A program made the position numbers and the translations under genes. A stretch of DNA of 64,000 nt from positions 780,865 to 844,864 of the forward strand of contig CAVZBT010000012.1 of the NCBI GenBank assembly GCA_963773605.1, in the 5' to 3' direction. Shown here piece by piece: positions 49,773 through 60,671 of the stretch (positions are counted from its first letter, which is position 1; each line of letters starts with the position of its first letter). The notes beneath the pieces were generated by a model. It was not told where the DNA came from and ran no database searches. It worked only from the letters and a program-made list of their open reading frames with translations. Origin of the DNA: an uncultured Acidobacteriota bacterium. Lineage in GTDB: Bacteria; Acidobacteriota; UBA6911.

Positions 49773-50342
49773 TCAGATCCACTTGACCAGCGCGGCCCTG
49801 CGAGGCGGGGCTTGCGGCTGCTCCTTCGGGAAACCGAGCAGAATCGGCCCGAAAATCCGTTCGCCTTCCTTGAGCTCGAGCCCACGGACGATTTCGGGAT
49901 GGTCCGTTACGAGCGAACCGAGCTTGACCCAGCACGTGCCCAGCCCGAGCGATTGCGCCGCCAGCATCAGGTTTTGACAGGCGAGCGGACACGAGTCGCA
50001 GGCATATGTCCCGGAGCCTATGACGAAGATGATGGCGGGGGCGGAGTAGTAGACGGGGTCCTCCAACTCGTCGTACCTCCTCATGATCGCCTCGAACCTG
50101 GCCGGATCCACGTCCCGCATCGGCTCCAGGTACTTCCTGGAATTGGGCACGGCCGCCGCGGCCAGCCTTTGGTGGAAAGCCTGATCCTCGACGACGACGA
50201 ACCGCCACGGCTGGGTATTCATACCGGAAGGAGCCTCAATCGCAGCCTGGATCACGGCCGTGATCAGGTTTCGGGGAACGGGGCGCGGCTCATACGCCCG
50301 AACCGACCTGCGCATGCGTATTGTCTGGAGCACGGGGTTCAC
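49773..50342 (-). CDS. nitroreductase family protein (FMN-dependent)
   Basis: VLQTIRMRRSVRAY...QPWRFVVV...CQNLMLAAQSLGLGTCWV. Start set at GTG 50342 (AGGAGG 4 nt upstream). ATG 50315 is an alternative. Confidence 0.75.
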   Translation of the reverse strand: MNPVLQTIRMRRSVRAYEPRPVPRNLITAVIQAAIEAPSGMNTQPWRFVVVEDQAFHQRLAAAAVPNSRKYLEPMRDVDPARFEAIMRRYDELEDPVYYSAPAIIFVIGSGTYACDSCPLACQNLMLAAQSLGLGTCWVKLGSLVTDHPEIVRGLELKEGERIFGPILLGFPKEQPQAPPRRAALVKWI

Positions 50343-50731
50343 AAAGCCTCCTGCTGAAGGGGTCGGGGCTCGATTGGTGGTTCGGCCGCCTGATTTCCCG
50401 CCGGAAAACCGACAATCAAGACCTGACCCGGCACTTTTGCCCATGGTGAGGCACTGGGTATATCATCCGTTGTATCTTTGGACAACCCGGTTGCGCATCT
50501 GGGGGCGCAAGACTATGGCAACGGCTCGGTGGCATTCATGCGAGGACTGCAAACTGCGGAAGTACTCGGAGCGGAGACCCGGATCGCTGATCGCCCGCCT
50601 GTGGCGGTGGCACACCGGGTGGTGCCCCGGCTGGAAGGCCTACCAGCGCCGTTTGGCGCAGCGGCAGGATACGGCCCAACAGCCCTGAAAGCGCGCGGGG
50701 CGAGGAGGATTCCGGGTTCGAATGCCCCGCC

Positions 50732-51778
50732 CTATGGGTGAGCGGGTTCGGCGGCACCGTCGCGGAGCGGGCGCGATTTGAACGAGAAGAATCCCGAGAC
50801 GTTTTCGCGCAGGAGTTGCGGGAAGGTCTTGTCGAGATAGCTGCGTATCGAGACGTAACACTGGTCGCAGTTGTTGGCGGCGGTGAACTCCCGCACCATG
50901 CGCCGCTGCTCGGTCAGGCCGTAGCGTTTGAACTGCATGGAGCAGGGCTGCAGCGCGCCCTGGTTTGTCACCACGAGCCAGCGCTGGCCGGCCTTGCAGC
51001 CCGACGCGCCGCCGGCTTCGAAATAGCGCAGGGTCGCTTCGATCGTGCTCTCGGTCGTGGCGATCCAGCGGTTGCCCTCCAGCCGGGATTTTACGCGGCC
51101 CAACTCCCGGCGCAGGATTTCCAGCTGCTCGGGAGAATCGGGAAAGTAATCGCGGCAGCCGGTGCGTCGCGGGGAATATGCGCTGAAGTTGATATTCACG
51201 CCCCACTCGCGCGCCTTGTCGGCGCACTTGTTGATCTCCGAGACGTTCTCCGCCGTAATGCAGTTGTTCAGGAGTATGTCGTCGTAGCCGTACGCCGCCA
51301 GCTTCGGCATGATCTTGTTCAGGTGCCGGTACAGGCCCTTATGCTGCCGGAATTCGTCGTGCCGCTCGTCGGGAAAATCGAGACTGACGCAGAACTCGTC
51401 CACGCCGGCCTGGCGGAGCGCGAGGTAGCGCTCCTCGGTCATCAGAGACCAGTTGGAGACCAGGATTATGAACGGCAGCCCGGATGCACACTTGATGTTG
51501 CGCACGACCTCGGCCAGATCGCGCCGCATCAGCGGTTCCCCGCCCGAAACCTGCACCACTACCGGCCGCAGTGCATCCATGTACCGGCGGTAATCGGCGG
51601 GCTGCATGTCCCGGGACGTGTCCTTCGGCCCCCCGTGGTCGCAGTGCTTGCACCAGCAGGTGCAGGAATCGGTCACCTCGAACGAAACGACAATGGGTCG
51701 CTCGAAGAACCAGTTGAGGGAACCGCGCCCGATGATCCGGAGCGATTCGGATAGAGGAACCTTGCGCATGATCGCCAC
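50732..51778 (-). CDS. radical SAM domain protein
   Basis: VTDSCTCWCKHCDHGG contains CxxxCxxC (C-TCW-C-KH-C) with an extra Cys at -2. GGE-like VSGGEPLMRRD follows. 348 aa with no SPASM-like Cys cluster that is obvious by eye. Confidence 0.75.
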   Translation of the reverse strand: MAIMRKVPLSESLRIIGRGSLNWFFERPIVVSFEVTDSCTCWCKHCDHGGPKDTSRDMQPADYRRYMDALRPVVVQVSGGEPLMRRDLAEVVRNIKCASGLPFIILVSNWSLMTEERYLALRQAGVDEFCVSLDFPDERHDEFRQHKGLYRHLNKIMPKLAAYGYDDILLNNCITAENVSEINKCADKAREWGVNINFSAYSPRRTGCRDYFPDSPEQLEILRRELGRVKSRLEGNRWIATTESTIEATLRYFEAGGASGCKAGQRWLVVTNQGALQPCSMQFKRYGLTEQRRMVREFTAANNCDQCYVSIRSYLDKTFPQLLRENVSGFFSFKSRPLRDGAAEPAHP

Positions 51779-51991
51779 CTTCCGCCGCCGCGACCCCGGC
51801 GGCCTTCCTGCGTATGAAGTCAGTCCGGCCCAGCGAGTTTATAAGCTAGAGATCCTATCATCAGGAGCGCGGATCATGCAAGATCCCAAAAGCTTCCGCC
51901 AGTTCGCAGTTATCACGGTCGGATCTCGGCGGTGCCTCCGGATTCCCACCCGCTCCCGCGAAGACTCTACCTTCAAGACCTGACCCCGATC

Positions 51992-54900
51992 TTAGATGCG
52001 GGCGCGGACTGCGGCCAGCACCTTGCCTGCATCGCTGACGCGATCGCCCGCCAGCCGGGTCCGGGCGGCGGCGGCCAGCGCCGATTCGATCTCGACGAGC
52101 AGTTCGTGTTCGCCCTTGGCGGTCTGTCCGGACTGGAGCACCCGTAGCCGCAGCTCCGCCGCGCCGGCGTCGCGGTCCGCCGCGAGGTAGGCCGCCAGGA
52201 CGGGGCCGATTTCACCCTTGGCGGCCGCCATCAGCCGCGGGATCAGCATTATCCCCGCGTTGTTGACGACATAGTTGACCGCGCCGGTCGCGACGATCTC
52301 GCGGCGCAACGCGTGGTCCTGGAAATATTCCGCGAAACTGTCTTTGAGTCGCTTCGGGAAGTAGTCGTCCAGGAACCGACGTGCCAGCGGGCTGTCCGGC
52401 AGCTCGCCCTGCATCGCAAGGCTGAACGCCCACATCTTCGTGTACCCGAGCAGCACGGCGAGCAACGGGCGCGGCAGGCCCCGTTCCCGCCGCGGGCTGG
52501 CGAGCAGATCGTCGCGGGTCGGGACATCCGCATCGGCCCGGTGTACGACGCCGTTGGCGACCAGTTCCTCGACGAAGCCGGCATACTCGGCGTAAGCGGC
52601 GACGCTGCGCAACCCATCCAGCGTGATGGCGCGCGCCTGGTTGTCGTTGTCCGCAAGCACGAGGTTGGCGACCTCGTCGGTCATTTCGGCGAGTATCCGG
52701 TTGCGCTCCTCCCGTCCGCGGATCACCCCTCGTTTCACGAGCATGTCGAGCAGGATCTTGATGTTCACCTCGTGGTCGGACATGTCGACGCCACCCGAGT
52801 TGTCGACCGCGTCGGTGTTCGACAACCCTCCCGCAGCCCAGTATTCGAGCCGGCCGAGCTGCGTGCACCCGAGGTTGCCCCCTTCGGCGAGCACGCGGGC
52901 GCGCACCTTCCCGCCGTCGACGCGCACCCGGTCGTTGGCGTGGTCGCCGACGTGGGCGTTCTCTTCGTTGGAAGCCTTTATGTAGGTGCCGATGCCGCCG
53001 TTGTACAGCAGATCGACCTGGGCGAGCAGGATGCGCCGGATCATTTCCTCGCCCGTCACGCTATCGGCTTCGATGCCGAGCGCGCACCGCACTTCGGCAC
53101 TCACCGGGATGGCCTTGTCCGACCGGTCGAAGATCCCCCCGCCCTCGCTGATCAGGGCGACGTTGTAGTCTCGCCACGAGGACCGCGGCAGGTTGAACAG
53201 GCGCAGGCGCTCCTGGTAGCTCGTCGCGGGATCCGGGTCGGGATCGAGGAAGATATGCGCGTGGTTGAAGGCCGCGATCAGCCTCGTCGCCCGGCTCATG
53301 AGCATGCCGTTGCCGAAGACGTCGCCGGCCATGTCGCCGATGCCGCAGACCGTGAACGGCTCCTTCTGGATGTCCATCCCGAGGTTGCGGAAGTGGTGCT
53401 TGACGCACTCCCAGGCGCCGCGGGCCGTGATGCCGATCTTCTTGTGGTCGTAGCCGTGGCTGCCGCCGGACGCGAACGCGTCGCCCAGCCAGAAACCGTA
53501 CTGGATGGAGATGCTGTTGGCGGTGTTCGACAGGTGCGCCGTGCCCTTGTCGGCGGCCACGACAAGATAGGGATCGTCCTCGTCCAGGCGGACCACTTCC
53601 GGCGGATGGATGACCTGGCCGTCGACGATGTTGTCGGTGACGTCGAGCAGCCCGGAAATAAACTCGCTGTAGCGGTCGACCAGATAGGCATCGAGGGCGG
53701 GCGGTGACGGGACGTTCCCCTTCAGCACGAATCCGCCCTTGGAACCGACCGGGACGATGATCGAGTTCTTCAGCATCTGGGTCTTCATCAGGCCGAGGAT
53801 CTCGGTCCGGAAATCGTCATGCCGGTCGCTCCAGCGGATGCCGCCGCGGGCCACGCGGCCGCCGCGCAGGTGAATGCCCTCGAGGAGCCTGGAGTGCACG
53901 TAGATCTCGAACATCGGCCGCGGCGACGGCATCCCTTCGACTTTCCGGCTGTCGATCTTGATGGCGAAAACAGGGCGTTCCGGGCTCTGGAAGAAGTTCG
54001 TGCGCAGGGATGCGCTCCGGAGGTTGTAGAGGGCGCGCAGGATTTCGTCTTCTGCCAGCAGCCGACCGACTCGAGCGCCGCCTGGAGGCCCCGCGCCCCC
54101 TCCTGCATCGCGTCCTCGCGATCGCCGGTCAGGGCCGGATCGAAGCGGGCCGCGAAGGACCGGAACAGAGCCGCGGCGACGGCGCTGTTGCGCAGGAGCA
54201 CGCTGTTGATCGTCTCGGCGTTGTAGTGGGGGCGGATCTGCAACAGGTGGTTGCGCACGGTGCGCAGCATCTCGACCTCGCGCCAGGACAAGCCGGCGTC
54301 CAGGATCAGGCCGTTCAGGACGTCTTCCGTCGTGCGCTCCTCGTCGATGGCGCGGAGCGCGTCGATGAAGCGCTCTCCGCCGGCCTGCAGGTGCGCGATG
54401 CGCGCCGGGGGAGCCTGTATCTCCAGGCGGTAGAGATAACACTTCCTCCCCTCCGGGAGCGTCAGGGGAACCCGCATCTCCTCGACTACGGTGAGCCCGA
54501 GATTTTTCAGCGTCGAGAGGATCCCTGTGAGGCCGAGCGCCCGCATCGAGTACAGGTGCAGCATCGCGCTTTCTGCGGTGCGTGGCACAACCCGGACCTC
54601 GAGCCGGCTCTCCAGGTTCTCCAGGTGACGGATGTCATCGGGGACCAGTTCCGGCGGGGTTACTTCGCGGTAGAGCCCGCTGCGGCTCTCCTGACGCACC
54701 CAGCGGTTGTACAACCGCCGCCCTTCCCGCTCGCCGAACTCCTGCTCCAGCGCCGAGGCGACGCGGCCCTCCCACGTCATGACAAGGGGCTCGGTCATGC
54801 GGCGCACGACTTCCGGGTCGACGGGATGATCCAACCCGGCCGCGTCGAAGTAGAACATGATCAGGCTGACGGCGCCGCAATCGGCCGAGGTGTGGAAGTG

Positions 54901-56271
54901 GATCGGCCCGAACGACCGGGCAAACGCCTGCGTGAGGCTCTCTTCGACCCCGTAGGAGTACCGCAGCCGCGAAAAGGCAATCAGCAGGGCGATGTAGCCC
55001 CTGCCGTTGCGAATGTGCACGGCCATCTCGTCGTCCCCCATCATGAACACGATCTGATCGATGATCGACTTGAGCGAGGCCGGGTCGGAATAGAACAGTT
55101 CCCGCAGCGGCAGGCGGTTGAACGTGGCGCGGATCTCGCGGTAGATATGCGAATTGGGCAGGGCGCCGCTGGCCTGCAGAATCGACTCGACTTTCTCCCG
55201 GAGCACCGGAATCCTGTCGGCCCTTTGCACGAAGGTGCCGCGCGCGAAACGGCCCAGCAGGAGGGTCGCACCGCTGAAGGTGCCGGCGGCGTCCCACTCG
55301 CGGATCACCACGTAGTCGATCGGGTCGAGGTGGTGGAGCGCCGCGGCGTTCTTGCAGTAGTCGAGCCCCACGATGTGATCGACGCCCGGAGCCGGGGGAA
55401 TCCGGGCCTCGATCTCCTCGAGCAACCCGGGGAAGACGACCGGAAGCAGGGTCGGATCCTTGAAAACCCCGTGTACGGTGTCCTCCACCCGGACCGGGAC
55501 GCCGTCGCTCCCCACCTCATAACGAGCTGTTCCCATGAATATATAGTTCTCGTCGGCGAGCCAGCAGAGGAACTCGCGGGAAGATTTCACCTGCTCGGGA
55601 TCGCCGGCGCGGGCCTGCAGTCTCTGCGCGATGTCGTCCAGGGTGCAGACCATCGCCGGGAAATCCTCGACGGCCAGGAAAACGGATTTCAGCACCGAGA
55701 AGATTTCGTGCTCTATCCGGCGCAGCCGTTCCTTCGAATCCACTCGCTCTATCTGGAACTGGCAATAGACCTCCCTGGTGCCTTCCTCATGGGGCCCGGC
55801 GATGCCGACCACGCGCTCCCACTGGCGCCGCACGGTAAAAATAGGGTGCACGGCGGAGAATACCCGCAAACCCGCCTTGCTGAAGTAGTTCTTGAGGCTC
55901 TCGAAAATGAACGGCGCATCGAGCGTGTGGGTCCGGACGACGGTGGTCTCCAGCGGAAGCCCCGACCCGCCCCCCGTTGCGCGGGCCTCGGCCTCGCTGG
56001 GGTTCTGCGCCGAAACGTGGATCCCGGGCAAGCCGCGGTATAGCTGAATGGCAGGCGGCATCTCGCGCGCGAAAAAGCGGAAGTGCGCCTCGATCCTCTC
56101 AACCACGGCCTCGGTCGGGAGTTTCAGGGCGATGCTGTCCGGCATCTCCGCAAACATGACCGGCGTGAAGGCACATAAGAGCTCCAGGTCTTCTTTGGGG
56201 GCCTGCTGCCGAAGCCGTTCCTCCACCTGTGCATAAACCTGCGCTCTGCGATCCGGATCTTCTGTAATCAT
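51992..56271 (-). pseudogene. gdhB: NAD-specific glutamate dehydrogenase, large (about 1400-1600 aa) GdhB type, interrupted by a frameshift near 54060-54110 (C5 run)
   Basis: N-terminal regulatory domains in ORF 53788-56271 degenerate to junk after ...LQAALESVG. The catalytic part (GGIRWSDRHDDFRTEILGLMKTQMLKNSIIVPVGSKGGFVLK ... GGSHGYDHKKIGITARGAWE) is in ORF 51992-54442 in another frame. Together they match bacterial NAD-GDH (PF05088). Confidence 0.8.
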
Positions 56272-56364
56272 GGCTTATCCGTCCGATCAGTGAGTGTTGG
56301 CCGACGCTTGAGAATTCCCGTAACATAGAGAATTGTACACCTTTACGGGCGGAATCGGAGTGTC

Positions 56365-56470
56365 AAAGTGGGCGGCGGCGGCTCGACGCGGCCCGGCGCC
56401 TTTGCCTGCCCGTCCGGGTCGTTCGAAGCCTCTGAATAGCTATTTGGGGCGGGCCGACCCGGCCCACTTT
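56365..56470. repeat. degenerate copy of the palindromic intergenic repeat family
   Basis: ggagtgtcaaagtgggcggcggcggctcgacgcgg...gggccgacccggccc retains the ggagtg...ggcggctcgacgc core and a GC palindrome. Confidence 0.3.
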
Positions 56471-57108
56471 CAAAGGTGTAGAAGCACCTCGTGCACGCTC
56501 TCCAGCAGGAGGTCGGGGCAGGCCGCGGGCAGGCGGTCGCTTCCGGGGTAGGCGCTGCGCACCCCGACGGTGAAAACGCCGGCCTCTTTTCCCATCAGGA
56601 TGTCTTCGGGACTGTCGCCCACATAGCAGCATTCGTGTTTCGGGCAGCCGAGGGCGCGCATGGCCAGCTCGAGACCTTCGGGGTGGGGCTTCTTGTGTGT
56701 GGTGCTTTCGTTGCAGACAACCACTTGGAAAAGGCGGGCAAGGTCCAGCTGCGCGATTTCCCGGCGGACGCGGCACTCGGAGCCGCTGCTGACGACGCCG
56801 AGGCTGTAGCCTCTGCCCGCGAGGCCGATCAGGGTGCGGTTTGCCCCGTCGACCAGCTCCGGGGATTCCTCACCGTAATGCTTGAGCCACAAACGGTCGG
56901 CAGTGGCCCAGGATTCGCTGGGGAGGCGCAACGCCTCGTACATCGCGTACCAATTGGGGGAATACACGGACCGGTACAGTTCCTCGGGGAACGCGATGCC
57001 GAGGTCGGCGAAGGTCGCGCGGAACGCAATCAGGCTCAGGCGCGCCGAATCCAGCAGCGTGCCGTCCCAGTCGAAGAGTACGGTCGAGAACCTCCCGTTG
57101 CCCGGCAT
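56470..57108 (-). CDS. HAD-superfamily hydrolase (phosphoglycolate-phosphatase-like, subfamily IA)
   Basis: Motif I VLFDWDGTLLDS, motif II/III (VVSSGSE ... K ... YVGDSPEDILMGKEAG). Confidence 0.8.
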   Translation of the reverse strand: MPGNGRFSTVLFDWDGTLLDSARLSLIAFRATFADLGIAFPEELYRSVYSPNWYAMYEALRLPSESWATADRLWLKHYGEESPELVDGANRTLIGLAGRGYSLGVVSSGSECRVRREIAQLDLARLFQVVVCNESTTHKKPHPEGLELAMRALGCPKHECCYVGDSPEDILMGKEAGVFTVGVRSAYPGSDRLPAACPDLLLESVHEVLLHL

Positions 57109-57139
57109 CGCCGGCCACCTCAGGGTTGGGCCAACAGGG

Positions 57140-58492
57140 CTAGCGGATGCTCGCTTCGACGGTCGTCACGTCCACCAGGCCGTTGCACCCGTATAGGGCC
57201 GGCAAGACCTTCGCAGTCGGGTATCTGCGGCGCAGCTCGGCCACCAGCTCCGTTCCCACTCGGTAGGCCGGCAGGTACATGCGGCCGAGCAGGGGATGGC
57301 GCCCCCAGGCGCCCGAGAGCTTTTGCGCGCGCTCCTCGGTGACCAGGAAATCCCTGCGCAGCGTCGCGGCGACCTCCGGCTGCGGCAGACCTTCTTTCCA
57401 TGTGAGATAGGAGGCCTGGTTCTTGGCATCGTCCTGGAGCAGGGCGAGCAACAGGCCCAACTGCAGGTCCTCATCGGCGAGCTGGTCCACCTCGGTCACG
57501 CCGTGGGCGATGAGGAGCGCGTTGTTGGCGATCCCTTCAAAGAGGGCGGCAGCCCGCGTGTTCATGGTCAGGACCGAGGCTTCGAACCCGACTTTGCCCC
57601 GCCAGAAGAGGTTCTGCAAGTAGGCGAAACAGGTCACGTGACCGGGGACCACCTCGTGGCTGACCAGCTGCTCGAACTCCGGCACCGAGATCTCGAGCGA
57701 GGCGTTGATCTCGTAGGACGCCTCATACTCGGGGCTGCCGTCCGCCTTGCGCGCGTGCCCAAGGTAGTTCATCGACCCGGAGAACCACGCGTCCTTGATC
57801 GGCAGGAACCGGATGTTGGCGCGCGGGACGCGCTGGAGCGCGGAAGGCAGGTAGGGGACGAGGCTGCGGGTCGACAGCGCATCGTAGTGGGCGATGAACG
57901 CGGCGCCGAGCGCGGCAATCGACTTGGAAGGGACGAGCCGTTCGCGGCGCCATGCATTGATAGCCGAGAGCAGCTCATCGTTGGTGCCGGTAGGGTAGCC
58001 GGCCCGTGCCAGGATCTCCGCGGCCCTCTGCCGCTTCGCTTCGGGCTGTGACGGTTCCGGAGCCCGACCTGTCGAAGCGAGCACGCAGCGGTCGTACGGG
58101 ACCGCATCGCCCTTGCCGAGAATCTCCATTGCCAGGTCCCACATCGTCTCGAAGCAGACGGCCAGGCCCTTGATGTAGGCGTGCCGGCGCCGCCCGACCG
58201 TCTTGGCCACTCCGGCCATCCCCTTGATAGCGGCGTGGATATCGATCGCCCCGAGGTACTCCTCGATTGCGTTCTTGTCGGGTTGCGGCGCCGAGACTCC
58301 CCCGCTCGCGCGCACCCGTGCCGCCAGCGGGTGGGTGTAGGCGGGAGGGAGCGGCTCGTCGGAAAACCACGAGTCGGCGATGAAGCGCCCCGTCCCGGAA
58401 GGGTTCATCACATCCCCGCCCCAGAGCGTGTCGATGCCGAGAATGGCGTCTGCCACCAGTCGATTCAAGGATTCTTCAGGTTTCGAGTTCAC
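57140..58492 (-). CDS. DUF885 family protein (putative metallo-hydrolase, HExxPGH motif)
   Basis: SHEVVPGHVTCF matches the HE(A/V)xPGH signature of DUF885. 450 aa. Confidence 0.6.
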   Translation of the reverse strand: MNSKPEESLNRLVADAILGIDTLWGGDVMNPSGTGRFIADSWFSDEPLPPAYTHPLAARVRASGGVSAPQPDKNAIEEYLGAIDIHAAIKGMAGVAKTVGRRRHAYIKGLAVCFETMWDLAMEILGKGDAVPYDRCVLASTGRAPEPSQPEAKRQRAAEILARAGYPTGTNDELLSAINAWRRERLVPSKSIAALGAAFIAHYDALSTRSLVPYLPSALQRVPRANIRFLPIKDAWFSGSMNYLGHARKADGSPEYEASYEINASLEISVPEFEQLVSHEVVPGHVTCFAYLQNLFWRGKVGFEASVLTMNTRAAALFEGIANNALLIAHGVTEVDQLADEDLQLGLLLALLQDDAKNQASYLTWKEGLPQPEVAATLRRDFLVTEERAQKLSGAWGRHPLLGRMYLPAYRVGTELVAELRRRYPTAKVLPALYGCNGLVDVTTVEASIR

Positions 58493-58589
58493 CGCTGCAC
58501 CTCCTTTACCCGGCGCACAGGCCGACAGACAGTATGAACGAGACGCCCCCGGAAATCACGCCGTCGCGTGGAGTGAGCATTGAATTCCG

Positions 58590-58700
58590 AATGGTTGAAG
58601 CCTGCGGGTGAGGTGCGCGGCTCGACGGCGCTTTCCGGAGGGCGCCTGGGCGCCGTCCCGAGGCCGATGCCTGCCACGGCAACCCCAACCTGCCGTCCTG
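58590..58700. repeat. degenerate copy of the palindromic intergenic repeat family
   Basis: gcgcggctcgacggcgctttccggagggcgcctgggcgccgtcccgaggccgatgcctgcc. Confidence 0.35.
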
Positions 58701-58802
58701 CGGCTCCCCGCGCCTTGCTTCCGCCGCCCGTCCCCCCTAATCTTAGGGTATGCATCGTACCGAAGCCCCTGAAACCCGATCCCCTTTCCCGCTGATTCCC
58801 AC

Positions 58803-59564
58803 GTGAAAAATGTAGAGCATTCGGTGCGCCTGGAAGGCACCGTTCCCGGCGGCAGGCGCATGTTCCTGGATTTCCGCTGGGAAGGGGAGCGGCTCCCGAG
58901 CATATTGCTCATGCCGGAACAGACCGGCACCCTCGTGCCGGCGGCGCTTCTGCTGCACGGGTTCACGCTCGACAAGGAGCGCATCTCCGATTCGGTGGGG
59001 CATGCTTTGTTGCGGCTTGGGGTGGCGAGCCTCGCCCTGGACCTGCCCCTGCACGGGGAGCGCTTCGAGGCGCTCGACCCCACCAGGCTCAAGACCCCTT
59101 TCGAGCTTGTCCGGCGCTGGCGCGCCGCGCTGGAGGAGTGCGCCGTGGCGCTCAGTTACCTGCGCGAACACCCGCAGGTCGACCCGAACCGCTTGTCACT
59201 GGTCGGCTACTCGCTCGGAGCGTTCCTGGGCTTGAAGGTGGCGGCGAGCGACGCGTCCGTGCGCAGCGTCATCCTGGCCGCCGCGGGCGACCTGCCCGAC
59301 TACATCCCGTTTGTCAGCGTCGCCCGGATGCTCGCCGATCCGGTCAAGCTGATACGACGGCTCGCCGGCAGGCCGCTCCTGATGGTCCACGGGCGGTGGG
59401 ACCGGACGATCCCGCCGGAACAGGCGGAGCGGCTGTTCCAGGCGGCGCCGGGCCCAAAGACGATCAGGTGGTGGGACTCGGGGCACATCCTGCCGCCCGC
59501 GGCCATCGACGACGCCGCGCTCTGGCTGGCCGACTCGCTGAGCGCCTCGCCCGCCGGCGCCTGA
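58803..59564 (+). CDS. alpha/beta hydrolase (dienelactone-hydrolase-like)
   Basis: GTG start. LLLHGF, nucleophile elbow GYSLGA, and C-terminal His region (WWDSGH). Confidence 0.7.
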   Translation: MKNVEHSVRLEGTVPGGRRMFLDFRWEGERLPSILLMPEQTGTLVPAALLLHGFTLDKERISDSVGHALLRLGVASLALDLPLHGERFEALDPTRLKTPFELVRRWRAALEECAVALSYLREHPQVDPNRLSLVGYSLGAFLGLKVAASDASVRSVILAAAGDLPDYIPFVSVARMLADPVKLIRRLAGRPLLMVHGRWDRTIPPEQAERLFQAAPGPKTIRWWDSGHILPPAAIDDAALWLADSLSASPAGA

Positions 59565-59719
59565 CTTGGGCGCCCGGTGCGCGAGCAAGTGGGCCGCCGC
59601 GGCCCTGGGATGGAGCTCAGCCGGAGGTTTGGTCGATGCGCTATGGCCGCAGCCCAGGGAACAGGAACGGGCCGAGCCATTGATCATAGCGGCAACCGGA
59701 AAGCGACCCGACCCTGGGC

Positions 59720-60502
59720 TCAAACAAGCTTCCGTCTCTGCCACCAAAGCAGCAGCGACACGACGGTGAGCAGCAAGGCGATGAACTGGGATGTGGACAG
59801 CAGGCCGTGCAGAATAAAACCCCGATCCTCGTCGCCGCGGACGAATTCCAGGAGGAACCGCGCGGCCGCATACAACAGCGTGTAAGCCAGGATGACCTGC
59901 CCATCGAAGCGCTTGCGCCGTGCGCGCCAGACCAGAAATAGGAACAACGCCAGGCACGCGGCGGATTCATACAGCTGCACGGGGTGCAGCGGCACCCCGA
60001 GCGGCGCACCTCCGATTCTGTATGCGTCCGGGTCGGTGAACGTCACCGCCCACGGGACCGACGCGGGGCTGCCGTAGTCATCACCCGCCATGAAACAGCC
60101 GATACGGCCGATCGCCTGCCCGAGCGCGATGGCCGGTGCGCAAATGTCCGCGGTCTGCCAGACGGGCAACTGCGGCGTGCGCGCGAAGTACACCGCCACG
60201 GCGGCCAGGGCGCCCAGAAAGCCACCATAGAAATCTCCGGCGCTTTGCAGGGTGGACAGCGCCCAGAGTTGCGACGGGTCGTCCAGGTAATCCGGCAACG
60301 TCCGCAACACCATCAGGAGCTTGGCGCCTGCCACCGCGCCGAGGATCGCCCAAAGCCCGAGCGACATAACCCGGTCTGGGTCGAGCCCGTCGCGTTTCGC
60401 CGAACGGGTGATCCACCAGAGCGCGGCCAGGTAACCCGCGGCGAGAAATACGCCGAAGGTGTGAAGCGTGAAATAGGGGGTCGTCAGTAGCCTTGGATGC
60501 AT
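59720..60502 (-). CDS. lgt: prolipoprotein diacylglyceryl transferase
   Basis: Lgt signature region GRIGCFMAGDDYG, HPVQLYES, seven-TM layout, 260 aa. Confidence 0.9.
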   Translation of the reverse strand: MHPRLLTTPYFTLHTFGVFLAAGYLAALWWITRSAKRDGLDPDRVMSLGLWAILGAVAGAKLLMVLRTLPDYLDDPSQLWALSTLQSAGDFYGGFLGALAAVAVYFARTPQLPVWQTADICAPAIALGQAIGRIGCFMAGDDYGSPASVPWAVTFTDPDAYRIGGAPLGVPLHPVQLYESAACLALFLFLVWRARRKRFDGQVILAYTLLYAAARFLLEFVRGDEDRGFILHGLLSTSQFIALLLTVVSLLLWWQRRKLV

Positions 60503-60671
60503 CTTCGAATATCCTTCCGCGAGCCTGACTATAACGGTCGGGTCCCTTCAGAGCAACAACCCAGCGAGCGGAGGCGCAGAATTCGTGCGGCTCCGCAATG
60601 TCGCCGTTGCTAATCGGGGGCAGCACAATATAATCGGTGGATGACGGGCGGACAGCGAGGAGGAACGGGGC

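Noticed and set aside
50700-50760. tRNA-like T-loop sequence GGGTTCGAATG next to the radical SAM gene stop
   Set aside because: The flanking bases cannot form the 5-bp T-stem (ccggg versus gcccc). No acceptor or anticodon arms could be built. Chance match.
52313-56043. 464-aa and 677-aa plus-strand ORFs antisense to NAD-GDH
   Set aside because: Antisense artifacts. GDH catalytic motifs are on the minus strand.
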